Assembly: GCA_002633005.1 (NCBI GenBank)
Contig: NMRA01000042.1
Span: forward strand, 890,388 to 954,387
DNA from: Phoronis australis
Lineage: Eukaryota > Animalia > Phoronida
Direction: 5' to 3'
Length of the DNA: 64,000 nucleotides
Under the pieces are notes generated by a model that did no database searches, had not been told where the DNA came from, and saw nothing but the letters and a program-made list of their open reading frames with translations. The first letter of the stretch is position 1. Every line of letters begins with the position of its first letter. Positions 47,201-58,500 of the stretch are shown one piece after another. The translations under genes and the position numbers were made by a program.

Positions 47201-49117
47201 ATTATGTTGCACTTAAAGTTACTTGAAGGACACCTTCTGTCAAAGAAACAATTTTAATTTAGACTTATAAGTCTGATCTCAACTTGTTTTTAACTCAGAT
47301 GATTAGTTGTTTCTCGTTTTGAAGAGAATTGCCACTCTATTATTGCTTGAAACCTTGCTCAGCTGATTTTATGACCCATTATGACTAGTACAATCCATAA
47401 GTCTCGGCTGCTCATTTAATGGCCCATTATGACTAGCAAACTCCCTGAGTCTCGTTTCCAGCACCAACCAATTGCCAGCGGATGAGAAATTCCTTCTAAT
47501 TTCTTAACACGTTTTCTGTTATTGTGTATCCGTTTCCCACTCAGTGCGATGCCCATATTGACACACTAGTGAGTGAGCAGGCTTCATTTGTACTCAACCG
47601 TGTTGGTCTGGCAGTCATCTATAGCACAGCTCAACAGCACCAACCTAAACATGGACCTCTGTCAAGTGTCCAGGGCATGGACGCTATTACTGTTAAGTCT
47701 GCTGTGGTAAGTTGCACATTAACTGTGTAAAATGTTCCTAGTGTAAGCAATACATGGTAGACCAGTGTCCAGGATTCAATCTTCTACACAGTCCAAATTG
47801 TTCTTGACATTTTCTATTCTGCTTTAGTACGAACTTTAATTTTAGTGTTTGTAATTTATTTTGTGTTCGAGGTTTTCACTGCTGCAGTCAATTGTTAAGA
47901 AATTCTGAAATACAGTACAAGGGCTAATTGTTCTGCATTTAATCAAAGTCAATATAGTTGACATTGATTTTACGCAACATAGATTTTGCGAAGAGGAGTT
48001 TACATTCAAAGAGACGACAAGATTCGATTAAGCAGATTTGAATGAGAGAGACATTTTCTTATTCCGTCTCATTTCTTTTACAGAATACGTTTGACAGCTA
48101 CCTTGCCAACCCAGACAGTCTGACTATGGCCCAATGTACATTATTATTAAGTGCCACTCAGAGGTTTGTGCCTTTGTTAACCTGCGATAAACCAGTCAGT
48201 TTTGTGTGCAGTCGTGTGTACAAAAAACATGGTCTCGAACTCTGTAAGCATTTGAGGCTGTTGTTTATTTCTGACTTCTGGTTCTTTATTGGTCAATTAA
48301 GGATGAGGTCACCCGGCATTTTTAAATCAGGTGAACATAGAAACACGCTTTTACAAGCTTAACTGGCTTAACAATTGAAATACAGTCATGGTTAACGTGA
48401 GGATAAAAGCTGTGGCTACCTTGCCTACTGCTTACCCGTCACTCAGCTGAACACTGCATCTATCTCCATTTCTCATAAGTTATCACTGTTATGCTCATGG
48501 AGGAGGAACTGGATAAATTTTGTCTCAGAAAAAAGCACAAAAGGTGAGACACAAGATACAATTTGAAATGTTGACGTTTACATACAAATCATAGTAAAGT
48601 CATACTAAATGGCTTTGTATTAGATACCTACACCAGGCTCAAATGCTGTTAATTTCATTTAGAGTGTATACTTTCAAATTCTATCCTAGCAGAACATGGA
48701 CAGGGCTGTTCCCAACACAAATCTTCTCTCTTTGGAGGTTGGAAATGCTTTACATTGTTGACATTGTTTTCAAAATTCCACGTGTATTTGAGTCACCCAA
48801 GCAATTAATGACACATTGCGCATTCACAGTTTTTTAAGTTAATCTCAAATATCCTGGAGTCATCATTGCTCTTGAAGTAGTTTTTATTACAATGTTGCTC
48901 GCACTACTTAAGAATAAATCCATTGACTTTTTTGGTCCTATTATTCACTCCAGTTGCTTTTGTTTGCAGGGAAAAAGTCAAGACAGTTTCAACACAACTT
49001 ATATGTAAAGCCTATGAGTTACTATATGCAGCTGTTACAGACCCCGCTAATGACTACAGAGAACATGCAAGTATAATGCCTCGGTCACCCCAACAAGTTA
49101 ATAACCTCCTGTTGTAG
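32682..49117 (+). CDS. COG6: Conserved oligomeric Golgi complex subunit 6, whole gene model (16 exons, 1926 nt, 641 aa)
   Basis: All exons are GT-AG with consistent phases and sum to 642 codons including TAG. The translation is colinear with recalled human COG6 ([28 protein letters not shown]; [44 protein letters not shown]; RSPQQV..LL). Confidence 0.96.
32985..33065 (-). mobile_element. Degenerate tRNA-like (SINE head) sequence
   Basis: Minus strand TGGCTGAACG...GGCTGTCACAC...GGGTGAAAGTCCCGGTGTAGGCA resembles decayed A/B boxes and a GTC anticodon loop. Confidence 0.35.
33632..33775 (+). CDS. COG6: COG6 exon 2, copy A (144 nt, phase 0-0)
   Basis: [48 protein letters not shown]; acceptor tctAG, donor GTATAT. 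Confidence 0.85.
33880..34920 (+). mobile_element. Decayed non-LTR retrotransposon fragment (R1/LOA-like ORF1), duplicated at ~36665-37685
   Basis: Stop- and frameshift-broken reading YASMAKK.LSVF...[12 protein letters not shown]...[17 protein letters not shown] resembles recalled DUF4780 ORF1 domains; [20 protein letters not shown] resembles the endonuclease-RT linker. Confidence 0.5.
35158..35310. repeat. (TTG)n microsatellite grading into (TTA)n; shorter version at ~37929-37966
   Basis: Direct reading; source of the spurious poly-Leu ORF. Confidence 0.97.
36418..36561 (+). CDS. COG6: COG6 exon 2, copy B (same protein sequence)
   Basis: Same 48 aa as copy A with one synonymous change (CGT/CGC); donor GTATTA. 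Confidence 0.85.
38150..38280 (+). CDS. COG6: COG6 exon 3
   Basis: [43 protein letters not shown]; AG/GT flanks. Confidence 0.93.
39101..39212 (+). CDS. COG6: COG6 exon 4
   Basis: [37 protein letters not shown]; ttccAG / GTAAG. Confidence 0.93.
39923..40005 (+). CDS. COG6: COG6 exon 5
   Basis: [27 protein letters not shown](G); not in the ORF track, translated by hand. Confidence 0.92.
40390..40460 (+). CDS. COG6: COG6 exon 6
   Basis: [23 protein letters not shown]; tttcAG / GTAAGT. Confidence 0.92.
41160..41253 (+). CDS. COG6: COG6 exon 7
   Basis: [30 protein letters not shown]; tttcAG / GTAGG. Confidence 0.92.
41594..41814 (+). CDS. COG6: COG6 exon 8
   Basis: [73 protein letters not shown]. 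Confidence 0.93.
41857..41920. mobile_element. Family B MITE, partial
   Basis: TA|GTCACTTACAGGGTTGTGTATTTTGAGAACCAGTTTG. Confidence 0.6.
42648..42712 (+). CDS. COG6: COG6 exon 9
   Basis: [21 protein letters not shown]; tttcAG / GTAAA. Confidence 0.9.
43081..43172 (+). CDS. COG6: COG6 exon 10
   Basis: [30 protein letters not shown]. Confidence 0.92.
44136..44250 (+). CDS. COG6: COG6 exon 11
   Basis: [38 protein letters not shown]; GTAAG donor. Confidence 0.9.
44571..44702 (+). CDS. COG6: COG6 exon 12
   Basis: [44 protein letters not shown]. Confidence 0.93.
46155..46322 (+). CDS. COG6: COG6 exon 13
   Basis: [56 protein letters not shown]. Confidence 0.93.
47371..47457. repeat. ~48-bp tandem duplication, 2 copies
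   Basis: ATGRCCCATTATGACTAG...AGTCTCG twice. Confidence 0.7.
47545..47706 (+). CDS. COG6: COG6 exon 14
   Basis: [54 protein letters not shown]. Confidence 0.93.
48084..48163 (+). CDS. COG6: COG6 exon 15
   Basis: [26 protein letters not shown](R). Confidence 0.9.
48970..49117 (+). CDS. COG6: COG6 exon 16 (last coding exon, TAG)
   Basis: [48 protein letters not shown]. Confidence 0.93.
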
Positions 49118-50300
49118 GCATTGTTGTGAGTTATTGACTACAGCAGCCAGAAACTACGGGATCACACAAGTGTGTATTGCGCTACATCAAAGTAGGTTAA
49201 GTTTCTGGAAGGACCTTATCGGCAGGTCTATGTTTTTACCCAAATATCTGAAAGTAAAAAGCTTTCAGAATTCGATTATTTACTTTATACTGATCTGTCA
49301 TTAGTTTGGTCACGTGACCATGTCTTTTTAGTGAAATTTAGCAAAAAAGGAAGGTACATTCATTGGAAAACAATTATAGTGTCAATGACATGGTCAAATT
49401 TGATCTTGTTAGTCTGCTCAGACCCTTGTAATTTATGGTCACCTACATTTATGTACACTTAAGCAGACTCTTCAAAGTATTGCGTGGATCTTATTCTGCT
49501 GCTCGGGGTTTTACATGACCACTGATGTGTGTGTCTAAAAGTTTCGTGTCAAAGTAAAGCAGACTTAATATGTCCAGCTTAGGCACGTCAAGCAACTCCA
49601 CTGTATATGATTGTAGACGAGGGAACATTGCTTTACATTATGTTTAAATGGTCTGCCAAGGGAACAGCTAGTCTCTGGTTTTAGTACTTAGGTTTACTAT
49701 GGGTAGTGCAATTACATTATGGTATTGGTAAAGTCTCCCATTGAACCATTGTGACGGGAAAGTTGTAAGATCAAAATTAAATAGACAACTTCAAACTTCA
49801 CTGACATACTGAAGTTTTTACACATTAAACCGCTACTCAATATCCATTTCTTTTAATACCAGAATCCAATTCCATTCTTGCAAAACCTAGACAGGTGTTG
49901 CCCTGCACACTATGTCAACATCGCGAGAAATTGCCTTGCAAGTCCATTAAAAATATACAATTATCACACAGTAATGTCTCGTTAAACTTTCGACTAAATT
50001 TGAAATAAAGTGTTATAAAACTTGCGACAAAGGTTAAGACTACAATGTCAAATAATTCTGGCAAGTTTGTTCAGGTTTAGCAGGATGGCAGATTTCTGTG
50101 AAAATCCATCTAGTGTATTTTTCAAACTGCCCAACTATTTTTCAGTGTTGTCTCTCAACATTTATTTGAGATGATACTCGCCATCATGTGTAATAGTTAA
50201 TGAAGTTTATCTCAGCTTGTAAATCCCAAGGTTTGTTATGTTGGAATGCAAGAACAAGCTAGGACTTAACTGTTCTTGCTGATGTTTTGTTTTTGTTGAA

Positions 50301-50336
50301 AATAAAAATGAAGAAATAAATACAGACATTTTTATT
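50301..50336. terminator. Cluster of opposing polyadenylation signals (COG6 plus; cadherin minus)
   Basis: AATAAA on plus at 50301-50306 and 50315-50320; AATAAA on minus at 50331-50336. Composition looks T/G-rich to the left and A/C-rich to the right. Confidence 0.5.
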
Positions 50337-52456
50337 GATCAGGAACAACAAGTGGCAGAGGTTAGTTTTTACAATTCTCTTCATTTATATTTTACTTGAT
50401 ACAATTTTGTTGCATAATATGGTAGAATCCACCACTAATGAAAATGTCAGCTTTCTAAACAAGTGCAAGTTACTCCCAACATCTTTCAATTAATTTCGTG
50501 AACATGCAGCTGCAAATAGTTTTTCCTGTAAATCTTTAAAAAATAAATGTGCAAAAGAACTAACTAATACAACACGTATCAAGATTTGAAGCACCATGCG
50601 GCATGGTAAAAGCGCAGCTCTCAAACTACAGTGATTCAACTTTATGGTGATGGCTCGTCCTGTAAACCCAAGACCAGTGAAGTACGCTGCCACAATCACG
50701 TATATTGTATGAAATGAGAGATCCAAACTCACTGTATCGAAATCTAACAAGGATTACACGAACACAAACAAAGGGGGATGGCCCCAAGAATGTGGCTTCA
50801 AAACTAGTAGCAAATTCACTCACACAAAATCTATAACACGTAATAGGAACTGGAATGTGAGAGGGGAAACGTGGAATGTTTTAAGCTGTGCCATGATTTT
50901 CTTGCACTAATACACCCCGTACATAGTTGTACTGAACTTACTAACAAGGTCATCTCGGCACAGTAGGAACACCACAACATTAATATGGAAATCTAATTTC
51001 TTTTTAGTGATTTCATACTTTGATTTTAGTAAATGTGTAAATAGTTAGAAAGAACATGTATTCATATATTAATTTCATGAGCTACAACATGGCGATTTAC
51101 ATGAAAGTGTTCTCATAACAAATGATATAGACTAAACAAATGGCGTAACATATATAGATAAAGATATTTACAGCAACTATGAAGCACCTTTAGTTATAAA
51201 ACATATTTGATACATCTTAATTGAAAACAACAAACACTGCATAAATATCAACCAGTGTAAACCTGAAGATTGCAATTATTTTTCTACACAAGTTTGCTGG
51301 TCTTGCACATGAATATCAATTATCACATAGTATTAAAATTTCTTGTTGCATGACAGCATTACTTTATATAGAGTATACCAAGAACATGCACTTTCATCAT
51401 CATTGGGATTAAATACATCTCATAATGCAAATTTGACCACATTTAGTGTGCCAGAGATTAAAGCAACTCATTCTTAAAAATTTAGGCCAGAAGAGTAAAT
51501 GTGCCATGGAAAACAATGAATATAAAATGAGGCGTATTTACTTGGCCTGAAAATGGTCGTTAAGTTCAAGATTTCACAATTATCTGAACTGTACTTGGGG
51601 AATATCTCAAGTATCTACTTTCAAGACAGGCATCTAGCGAAGGGCCGAATACTTTTCATAGCAAGGCCTGTCTCATGAGACGGATTAAAATCTACTACAT
51701 GTAGATTAAAACAGACGCATGACTTAAGTACTTACTCACAAGAGACTAATCACAAGTAGTACATGACTTACATTACAAAACAAAACGACGGATGTTATGT
51801 AATCCTCGTGAATACATAAGTGAGTTGCAAGTCTTGACAATTCCTTCCGACTGGAGAAAGCATCAACGAACATTTGGCAGAAAAAATCCTCTTACAAAAT
51901 GAAGAAATGACCACCTATTGCAGCAAGATGCGTAACGTCATTTAATGGACATAACGTCCTGTCAATGTATTTTAACAGACAAAACTGAGTTTAAAGGGGA
52001 CAGCAACCACTTTTGATATTACCTTTTGTAAAAATACAGACCCTTGGTTATCTTGGAAGGACTTTTTCTGTGTTTTATTATTCAGTTGCCCTGGCTGCAT
52101 TATCTAAACATTCAACAACAGAAAATGACTTTACCGACCCAGCAAAAGACAAGCATCTTGATACTGCTTTCCTTGCCATTAAGTAAACACAGTGTCAATA
52201 TTGAATGCAATCTGTATCAGGTTTTCATATTCGCTCATCAGATACAAATGCGGAACCAAGATGCGAGCCTTTTCCTGGGCCGTTTACTTAACTTTCTGTT
52301 ATTGCATGGGTAGGAAATAAACGCAAGGGAAACGAACATTGATGCAGGAAAATATTTATTCCAGATGAACAGGGGATACGTATTACCAAAAACGATTGCT
52401 TCCCCCTATATGTCTTGTTCTATAGAGGCTCCACTCTTCAGCAATCCTGACTATTT

Positions 52457-52543
52457 CTAAAAGTACAGTGTTATCTTAGGCTTGGTATCCTCTGGTTCAT
52501 CATCACTTAATGGCTGTACACTTGCGTCTGGATCAATGGGAGC
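52457..52543 (-). CDS. Cadherin terminal coding exon
   Basis: Acceptor tcttcttcttgtAG, then APIDPDASVQPLSDDEPEDTKPKITLYF*. Confidence 0.75.
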   Translation of the reverse strand, partial: APIDPDASVQPLSDDEPEDTKPKITLYF

Positions 52544-55500
52544 CTACAAGAAGAAGACAAACATTCAATATAATCATGCATCGTTGTTAATAAAGAAAAG
52601 TGAGAAACAATTATTTGCCATTCAATTCGTGGTGCTACGCAAATAACAAAAGAACTAAACCAAGTAAAACTTAAAAATCTTGTAAATAAGCATAATGAAG
52701 CAAGATTTGTTTGATCAACAGGATCATTTCTGCATTTAAAAACACAAAGCACTGCAGCATTAAACACATCATCAAAATAATTTGATGAATGTTATATTTA
52801 CAACTAGCATAAACCACAAGAATGTTTGACGATGGATAACAAGAAATAATTTTAATGAACAAGTTAGTGATAGGAAATGACAAGAATACAGCGGTCATGA
52901 CGTATAACGAGTACATAATTATATAAACAGATAATCTTCAATTCAAAATGATGTTAGTCACTTCTTTCCAACCTTCCCATAATACCCTCACCTCTGCATT
53001 GAAGAACTCCTGCTGGTTCTTCCCCCAAGACAAGCTCTTCTTCTTCCTTCCTTGTGGCTCCTCCTCTTCCTGTTTAGTTCCACCAATCAGGCTCACCGTA
53101 CTGCTGTTACTGCCTGTGGGGCTCCCCATGGGTTTATTACCATTGTGCACTGTCTCACCCACAACAATCTCATCTACGCGGCGTAGCTGACCTTCTTGGC
53201 TGTCAGAATCGTCTTCTTCGAAAAAGTAGCCAGGGGTTGCCATGGCAAGAGGATTCTCCTGAGTTGATGTAGCGCCGTCGTCAAGGAAGTCTGTGATGCG
53301 AATGCCATGGTTATTGTAAGCGAGACCATATGTTGGATTATTTGATGGCTCTTTGACCTGTCCATCAGATTTCTTCCTGTAATAACCAAAATGTCATCTT
53401 TATAACTTCCACCTTCACGATAACGTCAAAATGTTGTCACAAACCCAAAAATTCAAAGTTATAAATAGAATTCAGTTTTCATTTAAAGGTTAGGTGTGAT
53501 TTATTCCATGCGCGACTTATAACAAACTTTAATCATGAGGCATCTATTGTACACAGAAATCATTTGACCACATTTGTGTTACAAGCAACCTGTATCACTC
53601 GCTAGCCAGTCAGCTAAGTGTCTGATGACCAGCATCAAAACTGTATCACTAGCTAGTCAGCTATGTGTCAGGTATGGCCAGCATCAAAGCTGTATCACTA
53701 GCCAGTCAGCTTAGTGTCAGGTATGGCCTGCATCACAGTACAATATTGTAACAATGTCACCATTACACAAGCAGCAGAAAATCACCATGGGTGAGGCACC
53801 CATGCTTAACTCTTGGCATGCGCTACCTATGAATTTTTCAACACAGATTTTGCAAAATTTCAGTAAAACACAGAGAGTTCCGACACCATGTGAAGCATAG
53901 GAAGGATGTCTAGCACCAGGCATCAAGCACGATCTACTCTAAAAACTTGGAGCCAACAATTAACATCTAACGCATTCCATGTATGTAACAATCCCATGTC
54001 TAACTACACCTGAGTACCTCACGGCAGAAGAGCCATTTACATCGTAAAAACTGGAGCTGTTAAAATATTTGCTGAAAGCAAATTCAACGTGATGCAAATA
54101 CTGACATCCACTAATATGGTAATTATTCACATATTCATCACACAATATGGTCGACAAGTGACATTCTACTTTGTCATTTTTTCCACAAAAATAAGGATTA
54201 AGAAAATTTTAGTCCATCACTAACATAGCTTGTACTGTGTAGATGTCGTAAAACAACTTTTGGTAAATTTTCCTCGACTTGCAGTAAAGTAATCAGCCTT
54301 TGAAAAATGGAAAAACAAAAATTTTGGCAATTGTTTTGTGCAAAGTAAGAGAATTGCCATGGATGATGTTGAATAGAACAGATACAAAATACATCCAAAA
54401 ATGTTATGAACTAGGACATTTGAAATCTATTACTTTAATACCTAGTAATGCATATTACCAGTGTAAGTTGAGAGAAGAACACATTTATCGTTTAGTAATT
54501 ATTCCGTTCATTTTATGTACAGTAAAAAGTAATTGCAGCACTTGGGATGTTATATTTTTTTAGTTTGACAAGTAGGAGTTTGTCAAACAAAGTTTCACAA
54601 TTTTTATTTCAGTCGAAGATACTTTTCTTCGTCAAAGCATTTTGTAATTTTAGCCATATCAATTTATTTTCATTGAAATGATCAAACAGTAGCATTTGCT
54701 TCAAAATGGCACAATAAAAATGTTCAAAAAACAATTTTAAGTGCAAGGTAAATAAAATCAAGCAGTACTATTTGTTTCAAAATGGCACAATCAAAATGTT
54801 AAAAAAACAATTTTAAGTGCAAGGTAAATAAAAAAATCTGAAGTATTAAATTAGGCATCACTTGATTAGGCCTCATGAAGAACCCAAAATTCTCTAGGTG
54901 GCGCTTGTGAAACAATATGTCTGTAAATGCGTATATTTAGGACCTGATATCCTCATCCCATGAATCCCTACTGAACAGAGCTGTGTTTTGTAAATAGAAG
55001 AAACACGTGAAAATGCAAGATCACACGTCTTCGCAAGATATTGCCATGCATGCATTAAAATCAAGACACATGACCAAACTAGCTTTTCTCACGAGTGTCT
55101 TAGATCTATAGAACAAACCCTAGTCTGCACTCTGTAGACTTAACATTGACGAGAAAAACAAATGTGTGATCGCATATGACTCTAATGCATGACGATATCT
55201 CATAAAGATTAACTCACACGATCTTATGTTTTTATGAAGTATATTTTTTGCCGAGCCCAGCTGTTTGCTCCGTCTCCTCAGAAAATAGTGGGATGCAGTC
55301 ATGCAAACATTCGCATTACTTACTTGCGCACAAATTTCATTGTAAGAACAGCTAGGATAATGCAGACCACCAACAGGAAGCCGCTTACGCCAGCTAGTGC
55401 ATATAGGGGGATGCTGTTGCCCTCCTCTTGCTTGGTCTCAGACGATTTCACAGTTGGCTGAACAATCGGCAGGGCTGGGAACACCACTTGGACATTGGTG

Positions 55501-58500
55501 GAGGCAGTGCGGGGAGGCTGACCACTGTCCCGTGCCTCAACCGTCATAGTGTAGACCTCCTGGGTGAGGTTGGATGGGTCGGCATGTAGACTGATGTCAC
55601 CCGATGAAGAGTCTATGGCAAATAGGCTGGAAACAGAAGCTAGAGATAAGAAGCATCAAATTTTCCATTTTGCATATACATAGACATAATACCTGACTAG
55701 CAAAGCTATTATAGAGAGATTCAGAGAAACAGAGTCAGAATATGTCACACATAATGGGAACACAGCACATCACAAAAACTGATTTTTCTGTTATACAGTT
55801 GATAACTATAATGCCAAACCCATATAAGTAGAGTCACCCCCAACTTTAAAACCATAATGCAAAACATTTTTAACTAGAACTATATTTGCAAGAATTATCC
55901 CAGCCATGATGGTTGGTCGCCGAATTCATCGCCAGAGTAGTCTTATTTCCTGGCCGAGAAAAAAGGGAATTTACAAGTCACTTAGTAAGTTGGCTAAGCC
56001 ATTACGTAATTATAATTTTGCCGCAATGATATTTATTACCAGTAGTTTTTGCTGTTAACAGAATTAGACATCATCTATTTGATCTGATTACTTTTGTCTT
56101 GTATAAGTGTTGATGGCAAGTGACATTATTGTGATAAACCTTTCAAAGATATTTACTTGTTGTGTGTCTTCAACACATAGGTGATGACAGAAGACAACTC
56201 ATCCATGTCGCTGGCTTGCACTGTACCTACTTTCCCTTGTCTCCTCAAGGACTTCATAATGTACGAGGTCTTGGTGAAAACTGGGTTGTTGTCATTGACA
56301 TCAACCACATTGATAACAACATTCGTCGAATCGCTCTGAAACACACCAAAAATACCATTATGATACTTGATTTCACACTGATGCAACTCACAACTTGTAA
56401 AATAAAATATTGTGTGCCTAATTTTTTTCCTTTAATATGACTATGTTTCTGTTGCCATAAGAACGTCTAGACAATTTTTCAAGTCAAAGAAGGCTTCTGA
56501 GAATGATAGGAATGCCCAGTGCTTGCGGAATTTCACCACTTCAATTTAATATGGTGGACATTGCTGCCATCACAGCAAGAAAATATTTAAGTCCAGTTTG
56601 ATAAACTTACTAAACCACATTTTCAATTTCATGTTAATAAGCAGTAAAAGGAGAAACATCTTTGAATTTTCTCCATGCTGAAGGTTTGTGTGGACTTTTC
56701 ATGTACTGTATAAGGTAACTGAGGATGCAGTCTGTCAAAGAAAATGTAAACAAATATTATCCAAGTTTTGGTGAGAGATGAAGTTACTGGTTATACACTC
56801 AATCTTTGTTGAAAGCAGCACATATGCCAAGAAGTGGACTGCCTAAATATCAAAACAACCACCAACTCCCAAACTCAAAGGGTCTGTAATTAACACAAGG
56901 CCAAATTATATTTAAACAGGCTTCAAACTTTACTTCCAACTTCTGAGGATAAATTGCAAGGGTTACAGAGAATTATTTTGTTTTAAAACATTTTTAAGTC
57001 CCATGCAATGTCAAGCAGGAGTGATTTAATTAATTCCGGAGTCCGCATTTTGAGAACCAGCCTGATAGCCGGTCATTCAATGGAAAAAACTGGTTCTCAA
57101 AACCCGGGACCCAGGAAGTGACTTACAACAAGCCAAACTTGAAAACTCTTTGTTGACGAAGTAGAGATCCATTCTGCCCTTGAATTGATCATGTGTCATC
57201 AGGAGTGCTATCTTCCTGTATAAAAAATGAAGGATTCCACCCCAAAACATACTAATAATTTCCAAAGATGGGGCTGCAATTTGCCTGGGGTTTAGAGATA
57301 GTCCCAGGTTTTCTTCTGAGATGAGATGAACAGAGTTTTGCTCACTATGTTCTCGAACGATCAGCCTTGCATGGCACTTTAGGTTTTGAGCCCGATCCAT
57401 CAGCGAGAGACAGTAAATATGAGTCTCAGATGTCCGATTTGGTTATGGCTGCCCACTGAATTTGAGCTTTCAGAGAAGCAATAATTAAAGTTGTTTTTGC
57501 CTTTGTCTAAAGGACATACATTTCAGCAACTCTGAATGAAAAACATTACCGACCTATGAGAGGAGTTACATTAAGTTGAAGAGTGAAGTCAAGGAACGAG
57601 CACAATGTGTTCTGCTTGTAAACTGCTTTCTGGAGAAACTTGACACCAAAGATGTGTACTGTGTAACTGTGTAACTCAAAGCAACTCTTGTGGCCTCGGA
57701 AGAAAACTTGGCTATAAATGCCCAGACTCAAATAGTATCAGCAATTAAAACAAGAATGGTTCTTTAAGTTTTCAGATTTCCTTATTAAGTATTTCGAACA
57801 ATATGTAACACTCACAAACTGTCCATCAGAAACTTTTACTTCCAGACTGTACTTTTTGATGTCTTCATAGTCAAGCTGATCCCTCAGTGTGATGTCACCG
57901 CTAGCAATGAAAATGTCAAACACATTAAGAGAGGCATCTGCACACAAACTTATTATACAGTTTCAGTTCTATGACGTGAAGTAGTGGGATAGGGGAACTT
58001 TTAAAATCAAAAATTCTCTTAAATCAACAAACAGTTGTTACTTTGTACTAATAACACTTCTTCCTGAAGTTTCTAGTTGCGGTTTCTGCAAAAGTGTGAC
58101 TGTTTAGGTGGAACAGTGAAACAGGGGTCTCTGCATCAATCAGCTAACACTAGGCAATTCTCCCCTTCTCTCTATGAAACTAGGCCAGGTCACATGATCG
58201 ACTTGGACTAGGTCAGTCTCCTGTATATGACAATAGACTAACAAGTTATAGGTTTGTTACTATGAGATTATTTTTTAATAAATAAAGCGTACTTACTCTG
58301 TTGGGTGAATTTCAAAAATATCAGTAGCCGGGTTCACAGAATGTATGGAATAATTCATAAATGTCACCTGGAATATAACAAAAATAAACAGTATTATCAG
58401 AATACCATCAAAAAATCAATTTTAAAGCAATATACTTAACTTACTAGAAAATCTACAATCAGAATGTCTGTGAATGAAAACTGGTGCAACAACAATTTTT

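Noticed and set aside
54225-54297. Candidate extra cadherin cytoplasmic exon
   Set aside because: It has an acceptor-like site, but the plausible donor gives 73 nt, which breaks the phase 2-2 join. The TM exon already splices in frame to 53376.
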